A stretch of 63,922 nucleotides of DNA, counting the filler, from Lenisia limosa (lineage: Eukaryota; Protista; Breviatea), in assembly GCA_001655205.1 (NCBI GenBank). It is 16 parts of 16 records of this genome, joined end to end, with 100 filler letters (N's around TTAATTAATTAA, not from the genome) between each part and the next. Parts side by side here need not be neighbours in the genome. Positions count along the whole stretch, not along the records: positions 1 to 5,550 come from LPNZ01005565.1; positions 5,651 to 11,782 come from LPNZ01004932.1; positions 11,883 to 14,770 come from LPNZ01009252.1; 13 more parts are not named here. One strand, 5' to 3'. The position numbers and the translations under genes were made by a program. The notes below the pieces were generated by a model. The model was not told where the DNA came from. It searched no databases and saw only the letters and a list, made by a program, of their open reading frames with translations. Position 1 is the first letter of the stretch; each line of letters opens with the position of its first letter. Below are positions 1-12,697 of this stretch, piece by piece.

Positions 1-482
1 GTGGTCGTCATCAGCAAGGAGGTGAGACAGAGCGGCGAAGTACTGCTGGATCTTCTCCTCAGTAGTAGCGTCTCGTCGACAATGTTGGGGGTCTACAAGA
101 TCAGACAAAACCCAAAACAACTCGCATCAACATAAGAAAAAACAATAGTTTATTGAGTGGTGGGTGAAACTGGTGGACAACGATATGATGTGAGAACAAA
201 ACATCACCAGAATACAGAAATCTTAAGGAAGTCATCATCAGTCTTGAGCCAGCGGTCGACCCAAGATGTTGAAAGGTTTATAACCTCGTTTGTCGCGGAG
301 TAATGCTGTCTGATTGTATAAAGGAGAAATGGTAGGGAAACAAAGGAAAATTCAAAAGGCTACCTACCACCTGGATGTCCGAGAAGAGCCAGGAGAGAAG
401 AGAACCCTCAACATCGGTGCACAGTTTGGGCCTCCATCCATTCCTGAAGAAGCGCTTAGCTCTCTTCAACTTTTCTTCAATA
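1..482 (-). pseudogene. Decayed pogo/Fot1-like transposase, N-terminal part (CENP-B-type HTH region), intron-containing
   Basis: Minus-strand pieces GWRPKLCTDVEGSLLSWL, STSWVDRWLKTDDDFLKIS|intron|TPNIVD and, after a frameshift, ATTEEKIQQYFAALSHLL align with the transposase at 15015-16299 (KDWAKRWIQSHSDILKVV|intron|TPNTLDAARDKALTEGRLMQH). Confidence 0.65.
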
Positions 483-1716
483 ACTTNNNNNNNNNNNNNN
501 NNNNNNNNNNNNNNNNNNNNNNNNNNNNNNNNNNNNNNNNNNNNNNNNNNNNNNNNNNNNNNAGCACATGGCTTTTTGGCTGGATTTTTCAGTCATTTTT
601 CTTGTTGGAGGGGGCGCAATCATGTGGTATGAGCGGGGAGAAGTGGTTACCTCCGGTATGAAGAAACCACAGTGAGATCCATAGCGGTCAGGGGGAGGGG
701 GGACCGGAGGTGACCGGGTGAGGTTGATGCAATTATGCACCCGTGGCCAAAAGCAAGGGCTCCTTCAGTGAGGAAATCCTCGGGAATCTATGTGCCTGCG
801 GTGGAGAGGTGGAGGTGGGCGGCGTCCCAAGGAGGTGTCTGGGGGGAGGGCAAGGCTTGTATTAGATATTTTCGCAAAGGCGAAGGAGTCTCGGCGAAGT
901 CGAGTCTGGAGGACCAGCCCCCTAACATCCGCTGGGGAGAAGTGGGAAGGGGAACCTGCTTGGATTGGTAGCTTTGGGAGGTTATTTACGTGCCAAGCTA
1001 GGGATGCGGGGCCACAGTCTCCGTTAGGGGGGATAACAACTGGTACTACAAAAGAATCTTTTTCCACCAACTTTTTAGCATTGAATTTTCCTGCCGCAAC
1101 GGTTCCAGTAAGGACCGCAAGTTGGAGGACTTGTTTTCGAAGTGCTTTCTCAAGCGGGCCTTCGATAGACCTCGGTTGCGTAACATATTTTCACTAATTC
1201 TTACTGTTTGATAATATATAAAAGGCTAAATGGAAAAGGGCAAAAGGGTTCTGAAAGTGATCTTATTTGCTCGAAAGAAAAAATAGGACAAAAACAAAGA
1301 ATATTGTTATGATAATGATGAAAAGTAGTAATAATAATGATAATGACTATAACCACTTAAGTCTGGGAGCTAACAAAAGAATCTGACAAGAACTAAAGTA
1401 GAAAGTCAAAAAAGAAAGAAAAAAGGGTTTTGGAAGTTTTGAAAGCAAAAAGTGTTGTGGGTTTTTTTTAGGGGGAGGATAATTAATAGTAACCACTTAG
1501 AACAAAGAGTTTTCCGCTGCCTCAGAACTACCAACCCTCGAGCGCAACAAAGCAGCACTCCTTTCGCCGCCAAGCGATGACAACAGCCGCACTAGAGGCC
1601 AACAGCTCTTGGACGCCCTCGCCTGATCCTGCACCCTCAATCAATTGACATTTGGAGAGTCCCTCTCCCGCAACGAAACCCGCCTACAACAAACAAAAAG
1701 TCGCCTACCCCCAATC

Positions 1717-2722
1717 CTATTTTTCTTCATCCAAGTTTGATTCCAGCATTCTGATGACTGAGTTGATTTGGTTGGTTGTATTGCCTTCGCTGATAAACCC
1801 TTGCTGTGCAGAGTGTATCAGAGAGTTTTTCTCAATGATTTGGAGTAGCCAGGAGGCCATGATTGAGGTGAGACCCTTGGTGATGCAGGGGAATAGCGAG
1901 ATAGGCTTGTGATCCTTCAGGGGAAGGTTTCTACCTCCTTCTTTCTTGGGAATAGGGGTTATGGTGCTTGGGCGGTGGATAGAGGGGACAGGCCTCCCCC
2001 CACCAAGGTATTTGGTTTCAATAATGTGCCTGGAGAGATACGTTTTGATATGATCATCCAGGCACCTTGGCTGCGGAAGTGGAGGACATGGTGACCTCTC
2101 TGCAAATATTCTCATTGGTCGATATCCCCAGATATAATATATTCTACTACCTCATGTCCCACCCGCGCATCCCGCAACCATTCTGCAAAAAATCTGCACT
2201 TGATCTGCACCAGATCTGCAACCAAATCTGCACCCAGTCTGCACCAGATCTGCACCAATTATTGTTCCAATCTGGACAGCCCAACATCCAAGATCAGTTC
2301 TTCAGTGAAATATGAGGTTCGTTTTCTTATTTGTAATAAGTGAATGGAGTGAGAATCAACAGCTCTCTGTTGATGTGGATTTTTTGGGCTCAAGTGAGAC
2401 TGATACTCAGCTTTTATTATCTGGGCTTCTTGGTGCCACAGGGGCGCACCCATACCTTCAGGAAAGCTATTCTGATGTGTTTTGTTATCTTATTATCTGA
2501 ATTTGTTTTTATACCCAAGAAGTGAGTTGTTGGGTGGTGAGTGTGAAAAAAATGATGACCTTGAAGGAAACAGTATTTCAAGTCTTGGTGAGATTTTGTG
2601 GTGATTAACAATGAAGATGCATTGGATGTGAGTTCAGACTCAAGCTCATGGACAAATTTGCAGAGGTAGTTGATATTTTTGACGAGGTCTTCTGCTGTTA
2701 AAAAAACCCCGAAAAAATCCAA
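1717..2722 (-). mobile_element. Non-LTR retrotransposon (LINE) remnant: reverse transcriptase N-terminal motifs, possible degenerate upstream endonuclease region
   Basis: ORF 1717-2115 contains ITPIPKK...DHKPISL...K.L..IMASWL...EKNSLIHSAQQGF...T.NQI, matching RT subdomains 1-2 of non-LTR elements. It stops soon after, and no YADD motif is seen. The endonuclease assignment of 2417-2722 is weak. Confidence 0.8.
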
Positions 2723-4463
2723 TCATAAGCGATTGAGTAAGCAGTGTTACTATTTTATATCTTTCAAAAGGGGCTTAATACAATACAGTTTTTTTAAGTG
2801 AAAGATTTTTGCAGTATCTTAAATAATTATCACCTCCGTCAATTAGAGCGAGCGAAAATGTCAGGAGTGACAGGCGCGATAGATAGTAATGTTGTGAATG
2901 GTACTTTATATGTTATAACACAACTTTACATTGTGTGCTTTTTTTAAAAAATTCAATTTATAAAAACTAATTGTTATTAAGAAGTAGGGAAAGCTGTCTG
3001 TTGTAAACAATATAAATGAAGCTGGTTGGGTAGCATGGTGGGACTTTTATTCCGAAGGATCATTTAGATTACTTACATCAGAAAAAAGAACTGAACCACC
3101 TTTAAATATGTTTCTCTGTGTGTTAAACAGAAATTCAGACCTTCTTATTATTTTGCAAATAATTCAAAAAATATATATGTAAGTTGTAGTAAAATAGCCT
3201 GGAGCCCGAAATATGTTAACCTTCCAGCACTAACCTTCAACCAAAGGATATCCTCCCTCACCGTGTTAGTGTATCCATTGCGTCCACCTCACTGTCGTCA
3301 CTCTCTTGAACTTCGGTACAGAATTCATCGCTGACGTTGAGGTGTGTATAGAATGGGGGGGGGGGGTCGGATTTTTACCCATANNNNNNNNNNNNNNNNN
3401 NNNNNNNNNNNNNNNNNNNNNNNNNNNNNNNNNNNNNNNNNNNNNNNNNNNNNNNNNNNNNNNNNNNNNNNNNNNNNNNNNNCCTCGGATATCAGCAAAA
3501 TTCAGCGAAGAAAAACAGCTCACTAAGATCCTTTGATTCACTACCACTTCATTATCTGTTCACTCTAAAGGAAAACCGAACAACCTAACAGCAATTGACT
3601 GTATTATTCCTAAACTACTTTGTCAAATGTAGTGGTTTTGGGGATATTTAGCCTCCAATCACATCAAGTATGATAAGTTATGGTATATTACGGGATTAAG
3701 CTTCAGAAAAACACTTTCCTTGGAGAACAAAATTGAGTAGACGCGTATGTCGATTTAATGATTTACCTGTTAAATTTTTATGTTTCAGAAATTCTATTTA
3801 TGCTGTAAAATGAGCTTTCATAGTAGGAAGTGGACAGAGATGTAAAAATTCCTCTTCTCGATGGTGTATGGTCATTTTGCCGGTAATTGCCGTCCTACCC
3901 CCCCCCCCCCNNNNNNNNNNNNNNNNNNNNNNNNNNNNNNNNNNNNNNNNNNNNNNNNNNNNNNNNNNNNNNNNNNNNNNNNNNNNNNNNNNNNNNNNNN
4001 NNNNTCACGAGTAACATCCGCAAAATAATCTTTTTTTTTTTTTTTTATTCTTTAAAAAAACACAATAATCCACGAGGGTTGCGACGAGGAGAGCTATCAA
4101 ATGGGGATTATCCTGCTCTCAGCTTTAACAATCAGAGTGTTTCTTTTGAGGGTGATCAACTGGCTTTTCAAGGAGCTTCTCAAGGGTATTCTAAAAGTTG
4201 TTGGGTTACTCGTTTACTCTTTTCTTCTTTATTGTTCTCGCAGAACTTAGCACTATAAACAAAATATAAGCAATTAGTCATGATTTCAGAGGTTCAGTTG
4301 CTCTCAACTTCATATTGGATATCTTCTTGGCTCTGCTTCACTGAATTTTGTTGTAAGAAATGTTGTTTATATGACGACCTTTTTGCTTGAGATCACTCAA
4401 AATATGACATTTCTCAGATTTCATCGGGTATATGATAGCTCATATCCCCTCGACGCAGACTTC

Positions 4464-4589
4464 GGAGGAATGGCATTCGGGATTTCCTTGGTTGTTTTGC
4501 GGAGGTTCCTCGGTTTCACTCGGCTTGTCGTTGGTCCCTCGGAGCCTCCTTAAAACAACCGCGGAAATCCTGTAATGCCATATCCCCTC
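4464..4589. repeat. Palindromic (MITE-like) element, family G, copy 1
   Basis: The left arm atggcattcgggatttccttggttgttttgcggagg is complementary to the right arm cctccttaaaacaaccgcggaaatcctgtaatgccat. A second, internally shorter copy lies at ~4870-4985, sharing the upstream flank gatatgatagctcatatcccctcgacgcagac. Confidence 0.7.
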
Positions 4590-5550
4590 AGGAACTAAAA
4601 TATATAATTTATCCTATTCCCGCGGGCAAATAAACATGATAAATATCATATTTTTTCATCATATTCATCATTATATTACATTCCGATGACGTGTCACCCC
4701 ATATCCCCCCCCCTTCTTACCCCTTGTCTCCCCTTTGTCNNNNNNNNNNNNNNNNNNNNNNNNNNNNNNNNNNNNNNNNNNNNNNNNNNNNNNNNNNNNN
4801 NNNNNNNNNNNNNNNNNGACTCTCATTTTCCCGAGGATATGATAGCTCATATCCCCTCGACGCAGACCCTCGGAGATACGGCATTCGGGATTCGGGATTT
4901 CCTTGGTTCTCACTCTGTTATGCCTCGTTCGTCTCTCGCAACCTCCTTAAAACAATCGCGGAAATCCTGGAAAGCCATATCCCCTCGGCAACATAACATG
5001 GTCTGATAAACCGGCTGAAGCATCATTCTTCTACTTTCTCCGTCACCTTTCCCCTTTTAAAGTACTATAAGGACTTTCTTTTACAAGAAGGTTTTGGGTC
5101 AATATGAAGATGATAAAATCACTGTAAATACTGACGTTTACAATCATTACCCTCGTGTATTTGATTGCTCATATGCACATGGGAGTTTTTGAAACGTCAT
5201 TTTGAATATGATAAAATCACAGAGAATAACATTTCAGTTGTTTCATTCCTTCGAAATATTTCAATTTTATTAACACCAAATCATTATTATTCCCCAAAAA
5301 GAACCCAGATAGAGGAAAGCAAAAGAGAGAAAAGCAGAATGTGGACAATTCGGACAGTGGTGTGGTTAAGTATATGCATTGAGAAACCCTTTGCTTCGCT
5401 CAGAAGTGCAACGCGTGGGAAGAAAACACAAATCAATTTGGGTGTCGTGCTATTAATTGCAGGTTCACCGAGAATATGGCATAACATATTATATAGGTGG
5501 AGGCACATGAGTGTGGGCACTTTTTCATTTTTTCATTTTTTTTAGATAAA

Positions 5551-5650
5551 NNNNNNNNNNNNNNNNNNNNNNNNNNNNNNNNNNNNNNNNNNNNTTAATT
5601 AATTAANNNNNNNNNNNNNNNNNNNNNNNNNNNNNNNNNNNNNNNNNNNN
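5551..5650. other. Artificial scaffold-joining linker (N-run + TTAATTAATTAA + N-run); first of 15
   Basis: The identical 12-mer, with stops in all six frames, is centred in ~100-nt N blocks starting at 5595, 11827, 14815, 16344, 18220, 19628, 21052, 25297, 32136, 33984, 40560, 43262, 46588, 56168 and 59428. Confidence 0.97.
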
Positions 5651-8640
5651 ATGAGAGACTAGAATCTGCTTGATACCATGACAAAAGTGAGAATTGAAAG
5701 AAAATATATTTCCGTAAATACTATGAGACCAGTATCATATGTAACATGCATGATGGTAAAAAAGAGAGAAAACGAGAGGAACATCACGTTAATAAGATAC
5801 CCTTTGCATTGAGTATAATATCCATTCAGCCAATCATTAGCGAAAGAACCCACCAGTCCTTGGTCAGTGGCAGTGGCGCTGAGGGCCTGAAGCGCCACCG
5901 TCTGCAGTGTCAGAATTTAGCTTCATTATATAGCACGTGTACCAAGGGTAGACCCTTCAGTTCCTAGAATTATACCAGGAGTACGAGGACTCCCTCAAAC
6001 TTGTCGGTTGGGAAGGTCATTGAGACACCATGACAAGACAGAAGCGGTGGGAGGGAATGATGGGTCTGGATTATGAGAAATTAGAACGGGTCAGTCGTAT
6101 AACATTTAGGATTTCACTTCGGTTCAAAAAAAGACTGAATTTCTCGATAAATCCCCGAAAGCTGTCAATATTTTACCGGTATTGTTCGAACCGAAGTGAA
6201 GCCCTAATGACATTGCATCAAAAAATAATAGTCACCCCCTGTTCAGACAAGATTAGTAAAGGCTGGTTTTTTTTACTTTTAAAAACCTGTTCTCCTAATA
6301 CAACTTGGACTTCCCTGCGGTCCCAAAAAAGACGGAATTTCTCGATAAATCCTCGATAAATATCGATATTTTACTAGTCTTTTTCGGACCGTAGGAAAGC
6401 CCTAAATACAATCAACCCAACGAAACCCTCAAACCGGTGTAGGAGGAAGGCGTGATGATGAGGGGGGAAGGCACCCATCTCCAGACACAGTTCGACAGAG
6501 AGGCGGCTCTAAAAATGTGAAGCTTGCTCCCAAGCATACATTTAATGACATACTATATATAAAAAAAAAACAGTGGAACTTCAGTGGAACCAACCGTGAC
6601 ACCAGGCTAGCGAAAAGCTCTGGCTGCGACTTTGAGAGTCTTGAGACAAGGAGGCGCTTGACGGCAGCGAGGCTTGCGAGTTCGTTGATGGAAGGCTTTT
6701 CGGCGGGGTCTGTTACCCCGCTGTCCGCAAAAGGGTCGTAGGCCGAGTCTGCCACATCAGAATGACAGAGGGAACAATATCACAAAAATTCAAAAACAAC
6801 AATAAAAGTTTTCTGAACTGACGCTTTCAATGAAACAAAAGCCAAACATTTTTCATTTCACAGCATTTTCGTGACAAGCAAAAGTAAATATAGTGCAGAC
6901 CTTCAATATGAGCACGCTTGGCATCATAATGAGAGGGTTGTTGGGGCCTCTTTCGGGTACGTCTTTCAATGGATGGCTGATAGATGATATTACATATCCA
7001 AGTAGAATAGATATCTGAAGATGAATTGTTGTCACAAAGAAACGCCAAAACTGACGACACCTCAGTTCAACTGCATCTGAACCCACCCGTCCTCCAAGCT
7101 CCATGACCGCCTTGATAATATGCTCAGCGTAATTAGAGGCACTTTGCAAACTAGAAAGTGAAAATCAAAACATGTTGCGAGGTGCTACTCCAAGATATGA
7201 AAATACAGTGCTTGTTGGAGTAATAGGTTGAAATGAATCCGAAGACCCACAGAGCCACGGCATTGAGTGACTGAATGCATGCGCGTTTGAGAGTTTCGAG
7301 AGAAGAAGGACTCGGTTGAAGAAGCGCCAGACACCCACGAAGACTACAAAATCATGAATAACCCAGCATATTTGGTCCTACCCTCCGGAGACCGCGTCAG
7401 AAAGCATATCAGCCAGGTCAAGGAATGTGAGAATCACGGTTTCCACCACAGCTGAGGTACGAGTGCGGCAGATCTTGCTCAAAGTGTGTTGAATGACAAT
7501 CATGGTCGTGACGTTACTAGCAGGTTACGGAGAAACAATACATGCGTGAAATAGCAAACAGTTTCTTATTGAGTAAGGCGTCGCTCAGGTCTTGCAGCCA
7601 ACGGTCTGCTGATTGCACCACTGAAAACAAAGCGTGGCTCTCTGTGAGTTTGTCCTACAACAGTAAATTAGAGGAACTCACGTCTTTTGAGTAAAGGCAC
7701 CAAATAGAAGACTTATTTTGATAAAGGGTATGAACAGTTCGAACAATAGCAAGATATAATATTTCTATTGTTTGAAGAGCCAATAAAATGGAGGTTTACA
7801 AAGTTAAACTAACAAAGACAAGAACAGCAGTACATCATGCAACACCACATCCCGTTACCCTTGGTCCTAACTATCTCCCTCCTCAAACGGTAAAATCCAG
7901 TGGCACTAGTATCCCCAGCTTACATCAGCAAAACTGTGCATGGCAACTTCAACAAGCTTGGTGGCTTGGCAAGAAATATCTAAAAGGTGAAGGCAAACAA
8001 AAAGTATTGCTTATGTAAAAGTAAGACCTAGTATCACTACACAGCAATCAAGCGAGATTAAAAATCTCACCCGGTTTGACGTCACAAGACAAGGGCCATT
8101 GCGCAACCATTTCCAGCATGCCAGGAAGCATCTCAACGATTTCCTTTGAATCGGGAGGCTCTGACCTGCAACAGTAAGGAATCTTCCCCTCCTTGCCTCC
8201 AAATCAGAATAGCCCCCACAAACTTCAGGTATTCGCAAACTGGCACTAATAAGCTGGACAAACATCCAATAGCCGCAGAAGTCAGCTCACTAAAGAGTAA
8301 GAACCCCTTTTCATCACAACTTACTTTGCCTCTGCGATAAGTGATCTGAGGAAGAGTATAGCCTCTGAGAGGAGTGTTGGGTTTCTGTGACCTCCAATTC
8401 CTTTAATATTGTTAATCCAACAACGGGAGAGGTGAGAGCACTCACGGGAAAGAACAATAACAGCTTGTTTCGCTTCTTTCTTGGCACCGGGACTTAAGAC
8501 CATTTGAACAAGGTCATCAAATACATCATTGATCTCATCAGGTGATGTAGAGGCGGCAATAACGACTGCTCTCCATCCTTCAGAAGAGTTTCTCTGCCCA
8601 GACTTTACCAAACGGACAGCCGTCACCAGCGACTCTTTTT
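5651..8640 (-). CDS. Multi-exon gene, unidentified alpha-helical (ARM/HEAT-like) protein, partial
   Basis: GC-richer open exons at 8321-8626, 6853-7149 and 6429-6755 are bounded by GT/AG signals and have Leu/Ala/Val-rich helical composition. No diagnostic motif was recognised. Confidence 0.45.
6107..6206. mobile_element. MITE family A (GGGCTTCACTTCGGTTCGAAAAAGAC TIR, TA flanks)
   Basis: ~98-bp imperfect palindrome TAgg(a)tttcacttcggttc...gaaccgaagtgaagcccTA. Confidence 0.85.
6306..6404. mobile_element. MITE family A, subfamily B (GGGCTTCCCTACGGTCC TIR)
   Basis: Same core (ttctcgataaatcctcga...tatcgatattt) as family A with variant termini ggacttccctgcggtcc / ggaccgtaggaaagcccTA. Confidence 0.8.
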
Positions 8641-8972
8641 TAACATCCTATAAATTGTAAATATTCAACTTTGACGGGATCAGACCTCTTGAGGCATTTT
8701 GAATTTTTCTTTCAGCAGCCCATAGGGTGTAGGCTCTAATAATTCTTGTTAACAAATGACTAAAACTACAAAATACAAAAAAAGGAAGGAAATGTTGGTA
8801 CAAATCCAGAAGACAATGTGCTTGGAAGTTGGCATCCCCTTGTTTATGAACTTAATATACGTGATTTTTCTTCCTTCGCCGGCGGACCGATTTTCTTCTT
8901 TACAAAGAGTAGGACCCGGCGGCGGATCGGGAAGTTTTTTCTCTCCTCTTTTTCTCTATCCACAGAACCAAT

Positions 8973-10012
8973 ATGAGTGGAGGTTCAGAACCGTTTTTTA
9001 TTCAACAGCAAAGGGATTTTGAGGCCCTTGACTTCAGTCCAGTCGATGTTTTGCTTGAGGGTATCGAGGAATGCTCCCTTGAGGCCTTCTCCTCTTCGAA
9101 AAACATTGATGATCTGCTGAAGCCCGTTTTGTCCTGCTATGAGCTCGAGGAAGAAATTCTCTCTGGAGAAGACGAACGTCAAAGAGAACGCTTTGTTGTT
9201 ATCAAGGCTGGTGAGGTGTGTTGACTTGAGTTGCGCGTTTTCCCCTCCTGAACTCTGTTTTGATTTCATCAAATATTGTTGGTTAGATTGATTAATATCC
9301 CAGGTCGAGCGCTACACCAAGTTCAAGGAGGAACAAGACAAAGTCGAACAGATTATGAAGGAGCAGCGTGAAAAGGCTGAAGCTGAAGAACGCCTGAAGA
9401 AGGAGGAAGAAGAGAAGGCCAAGGCCGAAGAGGAAGCAAAGGAAGGAGGTGAAAAGCCTGAGGAGAAGGAAGGAGAGGAAAAGAAGGAAGAAGAAAAGAA
9501 GCAAGAAGAGAAGAAGGAAGGTGAGGAGAAGAAGGAAGACAAAAAGGAAGTGGAAAATAAAGACGCTGGAAGGGAGAACCAACGTGGCGGATTCCGTGGC
9601 CGTGGTCGTGGACGTGGTGGTTTCAGAGGCAGAGGAAGAGGTGGGTGGGACTGAATGTAGACAGCAGATATACTAGTGCTCTTCTTAATCTTAAATAAAA
9701 GCAATATGATTAACATCAATTTTCATAATTTTATTATAATCTTATCTCAGTTTTCTATTGATAATTAATGTTATTGTTATTTTTTTTATAATTTTATTTC
9801 GTTTTGGCTGAAGAGAACACTATGTGATTTGCCCAGGCGGCTTCAGAGGCCGTGGTGGTCGCGGTCGTGGCAAAGGAGGAAACAGGGAAAGCAGCCGTCC
9901 CTGGTTCTATGGTGCCGGCAAGGGCGGCTCTCTGCTTCCTGAGGTTTACCATCCCCCCAGGTGCGACATAGTTGATTCTGGGGTTGTTTTTATTCCATGA
10001 ATTGTCTATTTT

Positions 10013-10053
<41 letters not shown>

Positions 10054-11589
10054 GGTGTGTGTTTATTCCATCGGTGTTCTATGTCAGTTTTTGATGCAAT
10101 AATATTTTTCCAGGCATTTCTCACGCAACCGACTTAACGACACTGCAACAGCCATTCTCAGAAAGGGGCTCAATGTAGTCGAAGATGTCAAACAGTGTTT
10201 CTTCATCATTGATGTTGGGGGGTATAGCTTTATCAGGATGTTGGGGGGTATAGCTTTATCAGGATAGGATGTTGGAGGGTATAGCTTTATAAGGGTGCTA
10301 GAGTTGGTTTTTTTTGCTCTATTAATGTACTACCAAGCAATGACCATTCCAGCTTGTCCAAAAGTACCAAGCAATGACCATTCCAGCTTGTCCAAAAGTA
10401 CCAAATCAATGCCCCCGCTGATGGTACTCACCTCATGTTCAAAAACGCCCTTTTCCAGGTTGGTTGCATACACACTTATTGCCTCCTTTTTCCCAATATT
10501 TCCATGGTATCTTTTTTTATCTATATACTATGCCTATTACACTTCAGGTTGTTCGTGAATGGGCTCTCAAGGTTGCGCCGCCTGTTGGTCACAAGGTATG
10601 ATCCGGGGACCAGTGATCCCTTAAAATGGAATTGAGACCGCGTCTCACCATCATAGAGAAAGGCTCTAGCGGAAGGCCAGGAAGATGTCGACAGTGAAGA
10701 GTACAGAGAGAAAAGTAGGACCCCGATATAACAAGATTGTAACGTTTCAGTGTTTCCCGCGGAGTATCGCCAACTGGTTGCTTCTCTTCTCCCCAAGTGC
10801 AGCACTGCTGTCATGAACCACCTTGCTAGGACTCTCACGTGGGGCCCTGGTTGAACCGTCTTTCTTTTCAAAACGTGTTATTTTTTGACCATCCAGTTGG
10901 GATGTTGACGGCTGGAACGCTGAGTTGTTTGACACTTGCATTGAGATCTGCATGGAGCGTACTGATTACAGAAGTGGGTATTACCGTTTTTGCTATGTTT
11001 GTCCTTGTTTACCCCCCCCCCCCTTNNNNNNNNNNNNNNNNNNNNNNNNNNNNNNNNNNNNNNNNNNNNNNNNNNNNNNNNNNNNNNNNNNNNNNNNNNN
11101 NNNNNNNNNNNNNNNNNNNNNNNNNNNNNNNNNNNNNNNNNNNNNNNNNNNNNNNNNNNNNNNNNNNNNNNNNNNNNNNNNNNNNNNNNNNNNNNNNNNN
11201 NNNNNNNNNNNNNNNNNNNNNNNNNNNNNNNCATTTATGCTAATTGATTGTCACCTCTTCGGAAAGGTCAATGTTGACGTGAGCAAGAGGGAGGGGTGAA
11301 GAACCGGTTTCTTCTTTGATATTTTGCTGACAATACAGCGTCTTATTGACGGACTCATTGAGAACTCGCATTTCGCCCCAGGCACGCGCATTGGTGACAA
11401 CATCGAACATCTCAGATTGCCCATTGCCGAGGCTGGTCTCAAGGTAAGCTATAACTAGAGTTTCAGAATCTATTTGGTTCTAGCACGGTAATATCTGTTA
11501 CTCAATGCCGTGACCTGGTTTAGTATGCCAATCTCTCCCTCACTGTCAATGGACGTAACCCCAACTTCGCCGGACAGACCATCTTTTGG
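8973..11589 (+). CDS. Multi-exon gene: E/K-rich coiled coil + RGG/RG repeats + unidentified C-terminal globular domain (partial)
   Basis: ATG at 8973. Exons join in frame: ...KAGE|VERYTKFKEEQ...RGGFRGRGRGRGGFRGRGR|GGFRGRGGRGRG...LLPEVYHPPR|HFSRNRLND...|VVREWALKV...; later exons read WDVDGWNAELFDTC and YANLSLTVNGRNPNFAGQTIFW. Confidence 0.7.
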
Positions 11590-12598
11590 GTTGAGAGATG
11601 GGGTCTGAACAAGGCCGATTTCCAAGGTGTAAGTTGGGCAAAAGGGAAGGTGTTATCCTCTTCTTTCGGTTTTGCTTCAAGTCTTGTTTTTTTTTTTTTT
11701 TTTTTAATATGATAGTATACAGTTCTATTTTACAGCAGTTTACTGGCAGTTTTTATTATGATGATGATTATTATTATTATTANNNNNNNNNNNNNNNNNN
11801 NNNNNNNNNNNNNNNNNNNNNNNNNNTTAATTAATTAANNNNNNNNNNNNNNNNNNNNNNNNNNNNNNNNNNNNNNNNNNNNCACCCCTTGCAGTTGAAG
11901 CAGCGTTGAAAATTGTGTCCCACCCAGGCATGTCGGCAGTATATGATGCAGCTGGTGGGTGGGGGGTGGGTCAGTGATGATGATGATGTTGGAAGTAGTC
12001 TTACAATTGCTGAGTTCTGTTCTGAGGACATGATGGAGGAAGCTTCATTCAGAATAAACAATAAATGTATTTATCATATATTGTATCAAATTCAATAGTC
12101 GCAGTTTCACCTTCTTTACATTACAGAAAGGGAAAAGGCGGCAGAAAGAGCCCAAATTGAAGTTGGCCGGCTAATTGCTGGCCTCTTGATAAGAGGGGAA
12201 GGTTGGAGGGGGTGATAAGATTGGGAAGGTAGAGGTATCTATTTAAACAGTTGAGACTCTATAATATACTCTATGATATGTATGTAGCTATATGAGAGGT
12301 ATTTTACTAATAATGGATAATATTCATATCTCGAGACACTTATAATCCAGAGTCAATCACGGGAGTACCACCACCAAACACTGATATTTTAGAGCCTATC
12401 AGCACCAAACACTGATCTTTTAGAAGCAATCACGGGGGTTATTATCCAGCGCCCTTCAGCCGTTCTCATTTTGAGACATTTACTCCGAACTAAGTTCCCT
12501 CAAATCCAGGTAGGGTGGAAAACTTCGGGTAGGGTGATGATGGTGTACTACGGCCCCATAATTACTCGTACTCTGATTCGAAAGTATCTTCTATAAGC

Positions 12599-12697
12599 AG
12601 GGCTTCACTTTGGTTCGGAAAAGACCGGTAAAATATCGATAGTTTTCGAGGATTTATCGAGAAATTCAGACTTTTTTCGAACCGATGTGAAGCCATA
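12599..12697. mobile_element. MITE family A
   Basis: agggcttcactttggttcggaaaagac...ttttttcgaaccgatgtgaagcc palindrome. Confidence 0.85.

Noticed and set aside
765-1070. Continuation of the LINE RT (motifs 4-5) downstream of 1717
   Set aside because: No QG..LSP or YADD motif is present. The segment fits an OTU-like pattern slightly better and is separated from the RT by an AT-rich stretch.
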